A stretch of DNA of 64,000 bases, from assembly GCA_044892505.1 (NCBI GenBank), contig CM097882.1, positions 543,430,001-543,494,000 on the forward strand, read 5' to 3'. Made by a program: the position numbers and the translations under genes. The stretch comes from Schmidtea nova. Taxonomy: Eukaryota. Shown piece by piece: positions 42,660 to 56,645 of this stretch. The notes below the pieces were generated by a model. That model was not told where the DNA came from. It saw only the letters and a program-made list of their open reading frames with translations, and did not search any database. Each line of letters starts with the position of its first letter. Position 1 is the first letter of the stretch.

Positions 42660-44900
42660 ACGACTGATATTAATCTTCGGAGTAACAATCACAAATTGCT
42701 GCTTGGGAATATAATATGGAAATTACCTACTAACTTGCTGCCTACTAATGGAGATGTATTGAAGTTATTTTTTATATTTATTCTGTCGAGAAGAAGACAG
42801 ACATGGAAGCAGAAAAACTTACTGGAAAGAAATTAATGGAGATCTGGGACCGGTTGAGAATTCCAATAAAAGAGTAGAGGAATATTATTTCGATGATTAA
42901 AAAGTTGCATAGTCAATACCAGCTTTTAGAAAAAATTAAGAGGAGAGAAGACAATGCCCAGAAAGCTAGAGAAGATAAGATGGAAAAGAAAATGACAGCA
43001 ATTTTTGAAATTACCCATAAAGAAGTGGATTCCAAGTTAAGAAATGAAGAAGATAGTATATTTCTAGAAGATCAAAAGACTGTAAGAAAAATGGCAATGA
43101 ATGGGATAGATAAGAAATTGTCTTGAAAGGAGAAAAGGTCAACAGAACGAAAAATAAAGGAAGCGAAAAGAGCTATAAAAGAGCGTGATGCAGATTTCAA
43201 TTGTACTGAAAGTGTTGAAGGAAATGATTCACATAATGACTACCAACATTGTTTAAAACAAATGACACATACTTCCCACAATGATGGCACATATTGGCTG
43301 ACACTAAAACTGCCAAGAAGTATTTTGAAGACAAAAGCGGTGTGTTAAACATCTGATAGGTATGAATTATCTCACTATCAAACGTTTGCAACTGTTGCCT
43401 CAGTTATCCAATCTTTTACTACGGAATCTGTTATTGATCAATTTGTATTATTCACAAGTTCTGCTAAATGAGGAAAAATGAAGGTTAGAAATGAAGTAGT
43501 GATGTCGATGAAGGAAGAATTTCAAAATGACGATTGTTGGCGTTTGTTGTTCATTGGGATGGGAAATAAGTAGAATAATTTATTGGTGTGAAGAAAGAAA
43601 AAATAGGTACCATCGTGATTAGTAGAAAAAATAAAAGTGGGAAGCTTTTGGCAATTCCTTTTATTTAATCTGGCAGTGGAGAAAGCAAAGCTAAACTGTT
43701 TTTGACGAGTTAAAAAATTGGAATATTGACAAAAATGTTATTGGACTATGTTTTGAAACTACTGCATCCAACACTGCAAATTTTCTGATGCTGCGGTCAT
43801 CCTTGAAAGGTTATTTCAGCGAAAGTTATTATGGTTGGCCAGGCGTCATCATACATTTGAACTTGTACTAAAGTTCGTTGTGCAGGAAATGTTCGGAGCC
43901 ACCACCGACCATCAAACAGTCTTTTCAAGCAACTACATTCATCATTGCATATGTTTGACAAATCAAAGTTTTATGTTCTTCTAGTAAAAGGAGAATGGCT
44001 GAGTTTGCTGAAAATTAATACTATTCAAGAGCTGCATTCGGTGCATGATTCCACTTTTTTGAGTGATGACTACCTCGAAGTTGCTGAAATTGTACCTATC
44101 CTACTTGGATCAGATATGTCTGGAAAGATCTTTAAGAAACCGAGAGCTTTTCATCACGCAATATGGATGTCAAGCATTCTCTAATTTGCGAAGATGTATC
44201 TCTTTGGAAAACAGATGCATTATCCTAATGAAAAGTTGGAAAAGTTAAGACGAGTAAATACATTCATTTCCCTTTTTTTACGCCCTAACATGGTTGCAGA
44301 CACAGCTGTCCACTGAAGCACTAGCTATTGATGTCAAACTCTCCAAGGACATGAAAGGATATTGCTATTATTATATTGTTGTATTGCTGAAGCGTCTTTG
44401 AAAGTGATTATCGTCATCAGTGGTACCGAACACCCGAACTTACCACATTTGGTTTATTAGTAGTAAAATACCATCCAGCGACAAAGAAAATGCAACAAAG
44501 AAATTTCTACTGCACTCAGAAGACCACAAACGTGGAAAACCAGAGAAGACATACCAGGACATTGGCATGGAAACCTGTTTTGCTGATTTCATAACTGGGA
44601 AATCGTTGCTTCTTTTTCAAATGTTGGGACTAGCTGGTGCCTGGCTGAGATTGCGTAAAAGAGAATGACAACATGACGAAGAATTTCTTCAGGTTCAAGA
44701 ATATGTAAGGAATGTAATGGTTGTAAATGAGCCAGCAGAAAGGACTGTTAGACTTATGGAGTAGTTCGCTCAGAAGGTATGATTTTTTCCATTTTTCAGG
44801 AAATGAGTTTATTTTTCATACTATTGTTGTAGGTTACAAGAGATGAAGCAGAACGCCGACTTTTGCTGCAAACTGTTAAAAATGCGAGGAAAAGGATGGC
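42660..44900 (+). pseudogene. Degenerate hAT-like (hATm-type) transposase
   Basis: Broken frames read RIPI...IKKLHSQY, EEDSIFLEDQK..R.M...GID, HWDG, CFETTASN, RRHH(CxxH-like)TFELVL, VVNEPAERTVRL, with many stops and frameshifts. Confidence 0.7.
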
Positions 44901-45372
44901 TGTGGTGAAAAAGACAGCATTCAAGACTTTAACAAGGCCCACGTGACTTTATTTGAAGTTATTTTAAAGAAATCATGGAATTTTCATATAAAATATTATG
45001 CAATATTTCACATGTGTTGCTTTTATACAAAAAGGAAAAAAAATTATCAACAAGCATTGTATGATTTCGATAAAAGTTTTTTGAACGACTCTATTGTGAG
45101 GTGCATCAAATGGAATTCTTCACTATCCTCCATACTAATAGACTTAATTGATCAATGAGATTTATTCCTATAATCACGACTGATAAAGAATAGAACAAGC
45201 AGAAGACTAACCCAGATACCAAGAAGTTTTGAATGTTAAATACACTGAAGAAATTCGGAACAAGAACTAATAATATTTTTATATTAGAACTTTGGCTAGC
45301 TTAAATTATTTTGACATAATTATATTTTTGTTTTACCTTTGATCTCTTTTAATTTATATCAATAATTTTATG

Positions 45373-45541
45373 ACTATAGATCAAAGTATTTTTGGATTTT
45401 TTGGTTGTTAAGTACACGATATTACGGCACAGCATTTATAAAGTGTGTATTTCAATATACAATAGAAACACACACTTGATAAAGATTGTGCCGAAATATC
45501 GTGTACTTAACAACCAAAAAACAAAAAAATCGATCTATAGT
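45373..45541. mobile_element. Fold-back element with inverted hammerhead-like motifs (probably Penelope-terminus derived)
   Basis: Long imperfect inverted arms ACTATAGATC...GATCTATAGT. The plus arm has TTGATAA-A-[stem II]-GAAA-TAT-C-GTGT at 45476-45504. Confidence 0.65.
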
Positions 45542-46800
45542 TATACAATTATGAAAATTATTGATATAAATAAATTATTTTGGCTATTTTTATTTTATTT
45601 TTAACAGTTATATTTGCAAATCTGCCAGAAACAAAAAAGCTCAATTGACAACCAAATCAAAAAATTATCAAATAAAGGGTGCCTCATCGTTAGCGCACAA
45701 GACAGAAGTGCACCGTCAATAACACCTAGTTATATAATAGAAACACAAAATAAAAACTTAATAAAAAACGAATTTATTTGACGGCTTTTACATTGTCTTC
45801 CTAGCTTTCATTGATTGAAATAAGTTTTGGAAGCATTATTTACACGTCTGCAATTGAAACAAAGCTGAGGGTTAATATCATTTAGACATGCAAGCGATAA
45901 TGTTCATAATTGTGATAAGTATCTGTGAAATCATATTCTCGTACTTGTAACTATAAACATTGGCCAATATGGACACAGAAGGCATTTGCATATGCGTTTA
46001 GAGTGGTTAGTATGCAGCTCTGGGATGGTAATATAATTAAGCGCAGTTGCGTAGACAGATAGAAGATTGTTTCGCTTTTTCCGTCATTCAATCACTCTCT
46101 GCAAGACAGTATACGATGGCAACATACTCGCCATCAAAAACAAATATTGAAAGAACTTTGCATGATTATTTGCCTTGATCACTCGGCAGTGGTCACTGGT
46201 CTTCAAAGAATCTCTACTAAAGTTTTATTCACTTTGTTGTGCTCCGGATTTAGAACATGATGTATTCAGTTACTACAGTGCTCACGAGCTCCTTCATCCC
46301 ATTAATTCGACCTTTGAACTGCCACAGCACTAACTCTGTCTTTATAAATCGAAATCTTCCAATTATGATATGCTCTTTATACTTCAATTCTAGTGGAAAA
46401 TAGTACAGTTTTGCAATCTACGCTGCGTGCAATTGACAGGGTTTTTAAATGAATCGTTTATGAAACAAAATACTTGAATAAATTAAATGATATTTATTTT
46501 AAATGAAATTGTAGCTAAAAGTATAAAAATTTACTATAATTCTTTTTCATTTAATTGTAGGACAATTCAAAGGCGCCAGCAAGAAGAGTAAGAGAGTACA
46601 TTTGTCCTTGACATTTTGAAAACCCAAATTTAGAAATTATAATTTATAAATAATTTTTGAAGACAACAGCGAATGTCACAATTTGGTATTTTTATAGGAA
46701 AGATTAACCCGTAAAAGATATTGTGAATACGAGGTTCTTAAGTTTACAAGAACATTCATCGGTATTTTATCCTTTTGATTTTTAGGCAATTAATCTAGAC

Positions 46801-47445
46801 CCGGAGTGGGCAAACTACGGCCACCTAATAGTATTTTGCGGCCCGTCAATGATTTGGATACAAATCCGCTTTTGTTTATTATGATTGTCATGTTCTGATG
46901 TCCAAAACCACACAAGAATTATGGCAAGTTAAGACTTAACTATCACATTTCAAACTAATGACAGCTATGTTTTAAAAAATTGTAATAAAAAGTATGTAAC
47001 TATACTATACAAGAAAAACTGAGGTGTTTTAATAAAGTTTTTCCTTCTATTTTTATATTTGTGAGGGTTCGATATGATAGCATGGATAATTTATAACCAA
47101 TAGCATCTGGTCAGATAGTGGAGGATATTGAACCTAAGAGAAGATAATAAATTAGTTTGAAATGTTTGAAAAAGTGATTAAATCAACCTTTCTATTTAGG
47201 AATGGCTTTAAAATATATAAAAAGTTGTAAGAGTAACGAACACGAATAAAATAAAAAAAAGATTTAACATTTTAAAATCAAACCTGAGAGAAGCCCCTCC
47301 ACTGTCAAGAATGAGACGGGTACAGCATATATGATTATTGTTATCAATGTAAAATACGTGTCCATATGGCGAGTTTCGCTGATGGGGCCCACTTTGCATA
47401 GGACAGAAACCAGTGCTGTCAGTTTAAAAAGTTTGCCCACCTATG
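46801..47445. mobile_element. hAT-type MITE
   Basis: Ends ccggAGTGGGCAAAC / GTTTGCCCACCtatg, with imperfect 8-bp flanks atctagac/ctatagac. Confidence 0.55.
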
Positions 47446-47844
47446 CTATAGACCTAAAATTTCCATAATTTATTGCATAACACTATATTCATGATTAAAA
47501 CCCTTTTGCGACCAACAATAGTAGAGAATAGAATAAATGATCTTTGCATGATAAGTGTTCATCGATATATAATAAAATAAATGAAAAGGGAATATTTTAC
47601 AGGTTTTATACTTCAAATTCAACCTGCACACACTTAATAAAGGATGTGCTATAGTCATACAATTATGAAAATTATTGATATAAATAAAATGAGATCAAAG
47701 GTGAAACCAAAAGTTAATTATGATGTGCAATGATGTTGAACTTGAATTCCAAAACCTGTATATATACTCGGTAAGGCTGAAATGTCCTTATACTTGTATA
47801 GAAATAATGAATTAAACAAAGTTCTTCTATATTTGAAATAAAAC

Positions 47845-48225
47845 CAGGTCCGGATTTAGGGCGATTGGGCCCCGCATCACCACCAAAATTATCAAAAAGT
47901 TATTTTTCGAAATTTAAAGCAAATTGCTTTTGACGATAAAGGATAAATTATAAATTATTCAAATAAATAAAAATATATTTATTTTAAGTTTGCATTGATG
48001 GATGAGATTTACTATTGTGTTTATTTACAGAATTAACAGAACAATATTCAATTCACATTCAATGATGTAAATTTGTATTCAATAAAATGTAATTGTTTTT
48101 GTATTTTGTTTACCTATTAAGTATTAAGTTTACCTATCTTAAATTGCATTTTATTTAAATATTTATTATATAGAGGGCCTCGAAAAAAATCCAATCGGGC
48201 CCCGCACTTATTAGATTCAGGTCTG
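47845..48225. mobile_element. hAT-type MITE with perfect 8-bp TSD AATAAAAC
   Basis: Degenerate TIRs CAGGTCCGGATTT / AGATTCAGGTCTG, aataaaac on both sides, and an empty paralogous site at about 53663-53670. Confidence 0.8.
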
Positions 48226-48269
48226 AATAAAACGCGTATAAAGGTTATAATTCTAGTTAGTTTTAATAT

Positions 48270-48800
48270 ATTATTATTTAATTTGAGTCTTCCTGTAATT
48301 TTAAAAAAATGTTTGATGCAGTAGCATTTAGATGTGTAATTCCCTTTTTACTTAAAAAAAGATAGAACAGAAATAAATTATAGTGATGAAAGGATCTTTC
48401 ATGAGCAACAATATATATAATTGGATTCAGGAGTTTACGTCCAGCAGAACAAGTGGTTTTGACTGTCAAATAAGTGGAAATCCTGTAGAGATTGATAACG
48501 AATACATTGAAAACTTAAAGGAAATTGTATCTAAGAATAGGTAAATCACACAAATGAAGGTGTCTGCAAAACTAAATGTTTACAAGAAAAAAATACATAT
48601 TATGTTGCATTAATTGGGAATCAGAAAATTGTGTAGCAGGTTCATTTCACGGTATTTAACCGCAGAGATGAAGGATAGACGAAAATTTGCTTATGGGATC
48701 AACCTTTTACCATTGGATTACGTAGGGACAAGCTTTCTGACAAATATCGTAACAGGGGATGAGATACCTTTGACCCCTACATGTCCCTATCTAGATGAGA
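48270..48800 (+). pseudogene. mariner transposase N-terminal remnant
   Basis: Homologous to 53750-54040, followed by GIRKLCSRFISRYLTAEMKDRR (mariner LgmrKlcsRwvP..Lt.e.k..R). Confidence 0.7.
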
Positions 48801-49901
48801 ATCTATAACTTTGTTATAATCAACTATTTTTATGAAATCAATAATTTTGGTATCTAATAAAGTTTAAAATTCTTCTTCTGTGTTTATATGGATTATCCGC
48901 TGATAGACCTTACATGAGTAATTTCGGATTCCAATCCGGAAACACAAGTCATCAATCCTGATTAAACTATTGGTAGAAATAAAATTAGACTTAACTTGGA
49001 GTTGAACAGAGTACCTTCAACGAAGATGTAGTCAAACTGAGGGACTGGGGCTCTCTATTATTTAAAAAAATTTCTTTTATCAAATGTATTTTTGCATTTC
49101 CTTTCAATTTTCGATACAAAATTTTGAAAATCAAATGGGCTCAGGAGAAAAAAATTAATATTTTTCAAACCCTTTCGCAGGCCGGATAAAATCACCTGAC
49201 GGGCCATAGTTTAGACACCTCTGAGTTAGACGATTAACAGGTTACATGTAAGTCGAAACCGTGTACGTCAAGTTCAGAATCAGAGCAAAATTATCGAATA
49301 ACTGAACGATAATGTACCTTAAGTGTAACTTGTAGTTAATTTTAACTTTAAAAAGATTTTGTAAAATTCCATAAAATAATTTAATTTTAATCAAAATACG
49401 AGACAAATTAAGTTTTAATGAAAAAGCTAAAATCCAATTTTTATGTAAACAAATTTAAACACAAATATAAAAATATTACTTCTTGAATAATAGATAGTTT
49501 CTGATCTGTATCACAATCCATAGAACCGTTATCTTTATCAATCGAAAATAAGTGTGTTTCTTCCGCTGAAAATCCTCTAATTAACTGACGTTTCAAGAGT
49601 CTTTGGCGATTGAGATTAACCACAGAAAGCTCCATAGCGGAATGAGATTCATGTATAGAAATGTTCGGCTTTAAGTTAATGTCACAAGAACCAAACTTTG
49701 TGTCCTCTTTGATCTAAAACAATTTCGATAATAAAGATTATGCATTTATAAATATTTATCATTAATTTATATAGAAAAATATATAAAATATAAAAAACGT
49801 AGTTCATAGATATATAATCAAATTTTACATACAATTGATATTTATAAACTGACATTTATGTGATTTATTTTATATCACTCCATAATCGCGAAGACAATTA
49901 A

Positions 49902-50143
49902 CCCATATTAACCTAGCGTTGCCATATGGCAACGCCGCGCAATAACTTTAACCATGATAAAAATTAACACCCTTATAGCAGTATGACTGCTTAGCGTTGC
50001 CATATGGCAACACGGATTTTTTCGTAACATAGATTAAATTTTGATAAATAATATGGAAAATAATCTTAAATATTAATAAAATAATAGATTTATCCAAAAA
50101 AAAATTTTAAAATTAAAAAAAAATTAATTCAGGTCATTAAGGG
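49902..50143. mobile_element. piggyBac-like MITE
   Basis: TTAA-CCCATATTAACCT ... AGGTCATTAAGGG-TTAA (10/13 TIR match, TTAA TSD), with two internal GTTGCCATATGGCAAC palindromes. Confidence 0.6.
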
Positions 50144-50260
50144 TTAAAACAGATGTAAAATAAAAAAAATGAATTTATAGTTTATTCAAATAATTCTCAT
50201 AGTACGAATTTGATTATCCAAGCTAGTATTCAAGTTTATAAAAGAAATAAACATCAAAAT

Positions 50261-50264
<4 letters not shown>

Positions 50265-50320
<56 letters not shown>
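50265..50320. repeat. (TA)n microsatellite
   Basis: Pure TA run. Confidence 0.95.
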
Positions 50321-50325
<5 letters not shown>

Positions 50326-50944
50326 TTAAAGAAAGTCCTATATTAAGAGTCACCATACCATCAATTTCTTAAATAGCGGACAACCTCGGACCCACGAATG
50401 TTTTCTAAATATGCATAATAAACTGCCAATGAAAAATATATCTCATGAAATGATTTTATTTAATGTTTCTATTAAATTGTTTATAATATTTTTAAGTCTT
50501 TAAATTATTTAAATTTGTGCAATAAGTCAAGTCATGAATAAACAGCAGTATTTTACAAAAACGTACAAGTACAATGAATAATATAAAATTGTTTATGGTA
50601 ATTTTTATTATACGATTTTAATAAAATTGTGGAAAGCTAATAAAAAGAGGGGCCTACTTGTGCTTTACTGGCATTTTATTCGACCCACCTCAAGAAAAGA
50701 AAGTCTGCACTACCCTTGCTCTAGAAGTTAAATTACAAGATATAATTCCCTGTGTAAGTAAAACTGCAAATGTAATGTAACAAAAGGTTACTGATGTTCT
50801 CAATGAGGATTCAAATGTCCAAAATGGACTAGAAGAAATAACAAAAGACCCAGTAACTTAACGTAAAATAACTAATCACAGAAATAATAAATATTAAAAA
50901 AATAAAATAATAATATCAATATCAATAATTCCCATAATGGTAAG

Positions 50945-51068
50945 ACTATAGATCAAACTTTCTCTAAACAAGTATTCAAAATTTCGGCACATCCTTTATA
51001 AAGTATGTATTTGATAAAGGCTGTACCGAAATATTGTGTACTTGTTTAAAGAAATATTGATCTATAGT
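50945..51068. mobile_element. Fold-back hammerhead-like element, same family as 45373-45541
   Basis: ACTATAGATC...GATCTATAGT arms and TTGATAA-A-GG..CC-GAAATAT-T-GTGT at 51011-51039. Confidence 0.6.
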
Positions 51069-51183
51069 ATTATCATTATGGGAATTATTGATATTAATAT
51101 TAAAAAAAGATCAAAGGTGAAACAAAAAGATAACTATAATAATATTAATTATGATGATAATAAAAATAAAAATAAAAATAAAA

Positions 51184-51240
<57 letters not shown>

Positions 51241-51241
<1 letters not shown>

Positions 51242-51660
51242 AGGAATACCTCGCATAGTACGGTTTCGATCAGTACGGTTTCTCTATAGTACGGTTTTGA
51301 AATTTTCAAAATATGATTGTCTTTAAAATGATTAAATGAAAAATGAATCTAAACATTAGAATTTAAGTGAATTGCTTTTGTTGATCTTTTTTAAATTAAA
51401 TTGTTGTGTTTATTTAATTTTACTTACTTGTTTTTCATCAGCTATTTTTAATATTTTTAAAATGAAATAAATTCTTTTTTTGATTTAGTTGCAATGAATT
51501 GGTATTTTTTGTTTACTAGATTATAATCACGATTTTTAAATTTCTTAATAGGGGCACTAAGCCGTAAATTTATTAGCGCCAGAATGCCTCGAATAGTCCA
51601 GTTTCAAATAGTACGGCTAAATTCTAGAACCGATTAACCGTACTATTCGAGGTATTCCTG
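51241..51660. mobile_element. pogo/Tigger-like MITE
   Basis: 23-bp TIRs CAGGAATACCTCG(C/A)ATAGTACGG (22/23 match), flanked by TA on both sides. Confidence 0.88.
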
Positions 51661-52439
51661 TATTAATAATAAACCAAAATAATAATAGAGATAATAATAA
51701 CCAATAGTTTCATCAAAGGATAATTTAATATAAAAGTTCACATAAACAATTTCCAAATTATTGAGTCTAAAAAATTCAACGACACATTGTTTATATGCAC
51801 ATACAGTCAGTCTCCTGGTTAGATCTGACCTTCGTTCAAAGTGAACTGTACCGAGTCAATATACTATATACACAACTAAAAAAAACAATCGAAATCTATT
51901 GGTTGGAGATATCTAGAATATATTCATAATTCAAGAAATAATGAGACTGTAAATTTACATAGAAAAAACTCGACAAAGTTGTCTACAAATTATAATCATG
52001 CTTTGTAATAACATATCATTAGTTTCTAATTCTCATTGCAATTAATCATATTTCTACTGTCGTTGTCAATAAATTGACTGAAAAACCGAACAAAAATAAA
52101 TTCAATTAGAAGAATAAAATATTGTTCAGATAACATGAGGATTGTGGTAATTCTGAAATAAATTACCAACAATAAATAACATTTATTTAAATAAATTTTC
52201 TTCAGCGTTGCGATTTGAATGCATAGAATTGATTTGATGTTCATCTTGGTAAGATCTGCTGTCTATTTGAATTTCTCTTTTATCTGCTTTTTGAATTTTA
52301 ATTTTATCTGCTTTCTGAATTTGAGTTTTATCTGTTTTTTAATTTGTCTACTATTTTTTGTCAATTAAAACACCACTAATTAATTTTTATAAATAATCTA
52401 TATTTAATTTAATTATATATGTAATATATTACAATAATT

Positions 52440-52442
<3 letters not shown>

Positions 52443-52522
<80 letters not shown>
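52443..52522. repeat. (TA)n microsatellite
   Basis: Pure TA run. Confidence 0.95.
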
Positions 52523-52524
<2 letters not shown>

Positions 52525-53649
52525 CGAAGGTACTACAAAGATAAACAATGAATAAAATGCAGGTAGGTGCTACAGAAGTGANNNNNNNNNNNNNNNNNNN
52601 NNNNNNNNNNNNNNNNNNNNNNNNNNNNNNNNNNNNNNNNNNNNNNNNNNNNNNNNNNNNNNNNNNNNNNNNNNNNNNNNNNNNNNNNNNNNNNNNNNNN
52701 NNNNNNNNNNNNNNNNNNNNNNNNNNNNNNNNNNNNNNNNNNNNNNNNAAATGAATTCACTTTTAAATATGTCAACAAAAATTAAATTAATTGTTTTATC
52801 TTTAAAGTAGATGATGCTTTGGGTGAAATAAGAAATGTCACGAAAAGAGAAACACTAATTTTTCAACGAGTTTTTTCTAGTAATATTAATAATTCCATTA
52901 ATTACAAAATTAATCTAACAACAAATACTGATATTTGGTTGATATTATGATTCCAGATAAACAACAACAAAACTGTCACAAAGATCCAATCTCAAAATTC
53001 CGCCCAAAAAAAACCAAAATAATATAATCAAGTCAAACAAACTGTCAAATGTTTTTTAAACTTAAATGTTTTTTAGAATAAAACCGCCAATGATTCCATT
53101 GATTTATTTAACTGCTAAGCGAAATTCGGTTCTCGCGTCGGTGTGCGCACCCCGACTCCACGATAGATAACATCACCACCGCACACACAGACGTTGTTGT
53201 TTAAATCCAAGTTGTTGTTATCACTATCGGAATTCGCCCCACTTGCATTTGCATCGACGATACAATGCAATCCATCATCGTTGTCATAGATGATATAAGG
53301 CTCACCGCCCATGTCAACCATTTGTCCATTGGCATCATTCAATTGAATAATATTCTCTTTGTTACCATCTGCTATTGTGTAGCCTTGTATACTATCAAAT
53401 TGTATATTTCTCTCATCGGCTATGATATACATCTGTTCTTCGGATTCTCGGTTATCATTTTAATAAAGAAATAAGTTATCAGAACTATCCATCGTCATAT
53501 AAGATTTATATAGATTTCGATAAGACCGTCTAACGGCTTCCAGGATCGCCCCACAATCTCTCACACCAATCAAGCCCCGCTTCCAATTATCTAATTTTTA
53601 TTTAATTATTTTTTAAATATTCTATTAAGCGGGCGCGACCAACAATGTT

Positions 53650-54150
53650 CTTTTATATTTGTAATAAAACCCGTATAAAGGTTATAAATCTATAGTTGTT
53701 TTAATGTATTATTATTTAATTTCAGTTTTCCTGTGATTTTAAAAAAAAATTTCGATGCAGTAGCATTTAGATGTGTATTTCTGTTTTTACTTTAAAAAAA
53801 GATAGAACAGAAATAAATTATATAGAGAAGAGGCTCTTTCAAGAGCAACAATATATAACTGGATTCAAGAGTTTACGTCCAGCAGAACAAGTGTTATTGA
53901 CTGTCAAAGAAGTGAAAATCCTGTAGAGATTGATGAAGAAAACATTGCAAACTTGAAGGAAATTATATCTTAGAGAAAAGGGAAATCACACAAATGAATG
54001 TCTCTGCAAGACTAAATGTTTGCAAGAGAACAATACATATTATGAATATAAAGAGTGGATATTATTTGGAGAGAAGCCACCAAAGGTGCTTCGTTCAGAT
54101 ACTTCACATCAGAAATGTGTGATGTTGTGTATATTTTGTGATGTCAAAGA
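53650..54150 (+). pseudogene. mariner transposase remnant
   Basis: YREEALSRATIYNWIQEFTSSRTSVIDCQRSENPVEIDEENIANLKEII (HTH) and GEKPPK...VMLCIFCD. Confidence 0.72.
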
Positions 54151-54179
54151 AGTTTTGAAGGTCAATTGAAATGGGAATC

Positions 54180-54520
54180 ATATTCAAAATTCGGTAAATA
54201 ACAGAATTTTCACCGTACGAAGTTATTTTTGGTCGAAGATTAATTTTTGATGAATCGCTTGATGGTTCATTCTTAAAACAAAAGAAAATTGATATGGAAG
54301 GAATTCAAAAATGTGCATTAGAAAACAGCAAAAACAAAACAGGTTATTCAGAAAAAAAACAATATGACAAAGGAAGAATTCACAGAAAAATTGGAATTAG
54401 AGACATGTTTATGGTCAAGAGATAGAATGGACACGTTAGTGCTTCTAAATATTATGGTCCTTTTCAGGTTGAATAAAGCAGCGGAGTTATTTATTAAGTG
54501 ATAAGGGAGGAAGAATTATT
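54180..54520 (+). pseudogene. Gypsy integrase C-terminal remnant
   Basis: EFSPYEVIFGR and KYYGPFQV motifs in broken frames. Confidence 0.45.
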
Positions 54521-55040
54521 CAGAGGAACTACAATCAAGCTAAAATAATTCCTGACGATACACAGACTGTCCACTCTCCAGAATGAAGTATTTGAACAAG
54601 GAAACCAATGCACCGTTATCCAGTACGTTCAACTAGAAATGGCTCTCCTCTGCATATCGCAGAGGAGAATGTAGTATACGTTGTCCAACATGCGATTAAC
54701 ATTAACATATTACATGTTGACATATTTATAATGTGATTATAGTTTCCAAACATTATGTCATAATATTGAGTTATAATTATTAGTATTTTTAATAAATAAA
54801 TCAGTTTTAGAGTCCAAATATATCTTTTACACTTCATTTCAGATAGTTTTGGATTCTGATAGTTATTTACGATAAAAAACAATTTTTAATTAAATATGTG
54901 ACATGACATAAGTATCAAAACCTCAAAGAGAGCGTTTTCTACTAATTGATGTCAAAGTTTATCATGAATTTTACTGTCTAATATCGAAAATACCTTTAAA
55001 ACGACTACATTTCCTATATATTGTCAAAACAATTTAGAAA

Positions 55041-55668
55041 ATGAAAGAATTTAACCATGATATTCTTTGTTGTACTGAAGTCCTGCATCGTAACGGATAC
55101 CATAATATTAACGAGATCAACAAAATAAAATTCAACCAGAGAAGGCAGAAAAACCTACAAAAGGAAAAAAAATATTTCTACCTTCGAATTCCTTTTATCA
55201 GTGACCAAATAAATTTCAAGATCATCAAAGAACTTAATCTCACTAGCCTTCCGATTCGTTTGGCACATAGATCTAAGACATTAAGGCAAGCTCTAGCTAA
55301 CAACACGAGGAAGGAAAATACATGTAAGATGGAAAATTGACAAACACTAAAGAAATTATGCTTTCGCAAGAACATTGTCTATAGCATCATGTGAAAAAAA
55401 TGCGAAGAAATTTACATCGGAAGCACCCTTCAGACTTTACATCAGAGAATTAAAGAAAATCTTGATCCTGGTGGAAAGTCATCTGTATATAGACATCTTC
55501 ACCAATGTCAGACAGAAAATAAGGAAAAATTAATATCAGTGAGAATATTGACAAATGAAAACGACGAAAAAAATCTCAGACTTAAAGAAGCTATTCTCAT
55601 TAGAGACAAACACCCAAAAATTAACTCTAAAGAGGAAGTAAGCGAAATCGCCCACTTGTTATCTTGTT
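55041..55668 (+). pseudogene. Penelope-like element 3' part (RT thumb/linker plus GIY-YIG endonuclease), disrupted
   Basis: YLRIPFISD...NIVYSIM*KKCEEIYIGSTLQTLHQRIKE...SSVYRHL..C...LRLKEAILI....PKINSKEE. Confidence 0.85.
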
Positions 55669-56198
55669 AAAAAAATGTGGTTCTACAAAGACGAAAGTAT
55701 AAAAGTAAAAGGAAGATATAATAAAAAAAAGAAGAAAGAAAAGTGATAGTACAGAGAATTTATGGGCATTTCAAAGAGATATAATTAAATTTTAAAATAA
55801 AAAAAATAACATTCAAATATAAAGGGTTGGAAAATTAAAAGTGTAGAATACAGACAATGGAAAATTTAAAAATTTTCAATTTTTAAAAAAATGGATAAAT
55901 TTATTTATTCTGAAAAAAAATTTAGAAAAAATTTTTGAGAATTTTTAGAGTTTTTATTTTATATTTTTAAATTTTTAACAAAAAACATTTAAAAACAATT
56001 AAGAATTTAAAAAATTTATATTAATCAGATTAACATCCAATGAAAAGGAAGAGAAATCACGAAAAAAGAAACAACAGAATGAATGAAGATACCAGTTATT
56101 TGCCGAATTAGAGATTGACGAGGATTATTTTATAATCGAAAATTTTCTCATTTAATAAAATTATTTTTGCAGCAAAGGCTAATTTTGTTACTTATTTA

Positions 56199-56645
56199 TT
56201 AATTAAAGATTTGTCTTCTTAAACTATGAAAATAATGAATCATCTGAGAAACCGGAACTGCAATGTTTGCTATAAGAACCAAATAAAATTTTACTTCATC
56301 ACTGTCTGGCTTAGTCCAAATTGGTTGAATTTCTCGAACCGAACTGTCAATTAGAGTGACTTTGTCCTTTTTTGGAAATTTTAAATTGAACTGATCATTT
56401 TGTGATATTTTCCGATTAACTCTTTCGATAGCAGCCAAATCAGCAGCATCCTCATCTCGCATGAATGGAGAATAATACGGTAATGGTAAAGGTTGCTGAT
56501 AGTTCAACAAAGAACAATCCACTTTTGTGTCAACTCCGGCCAGCTGCATGTTGCTTTTAATTTTGAATTCAGAATTTGGCATTTTCGATATCGAATGAAT
56601 GAAACCGGGAAACCAATGGAAATACATCTGAGAAGTGGACGTAGG
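56199..56645 (-). CDS. Exon of unidentified host gene (3' end uncertain)
   Basis: ttttattttag acceptor in phase 0, open frame PTSTSQMYFHWFPG... to the stop at 56199. A donor may occur earlier. Confidence 0.5.
   Translation of the reverse strand, partial: PTSTSQMYFHWFPGFIHSISKMPNSEFKIKSNMQLAGVDTKVDCSLLNYQQPLPLPYYSPFMRDEDAADLAAIERVNRKISQNDQFNLKFPKKDKVTLIDSSVREIQPIWTKPDSDEVKFYLVLIANIAVPVSQMIHYFHSLRRQIFN

Noticed and set aside
49917-50012. GTTGCCATATGGCAAC palindromes as RFX X-boxes
   Set aside because: The spacer is 4 nt (consensus 0-3) and the palindromes are internal to a piggyBac-like MITE.
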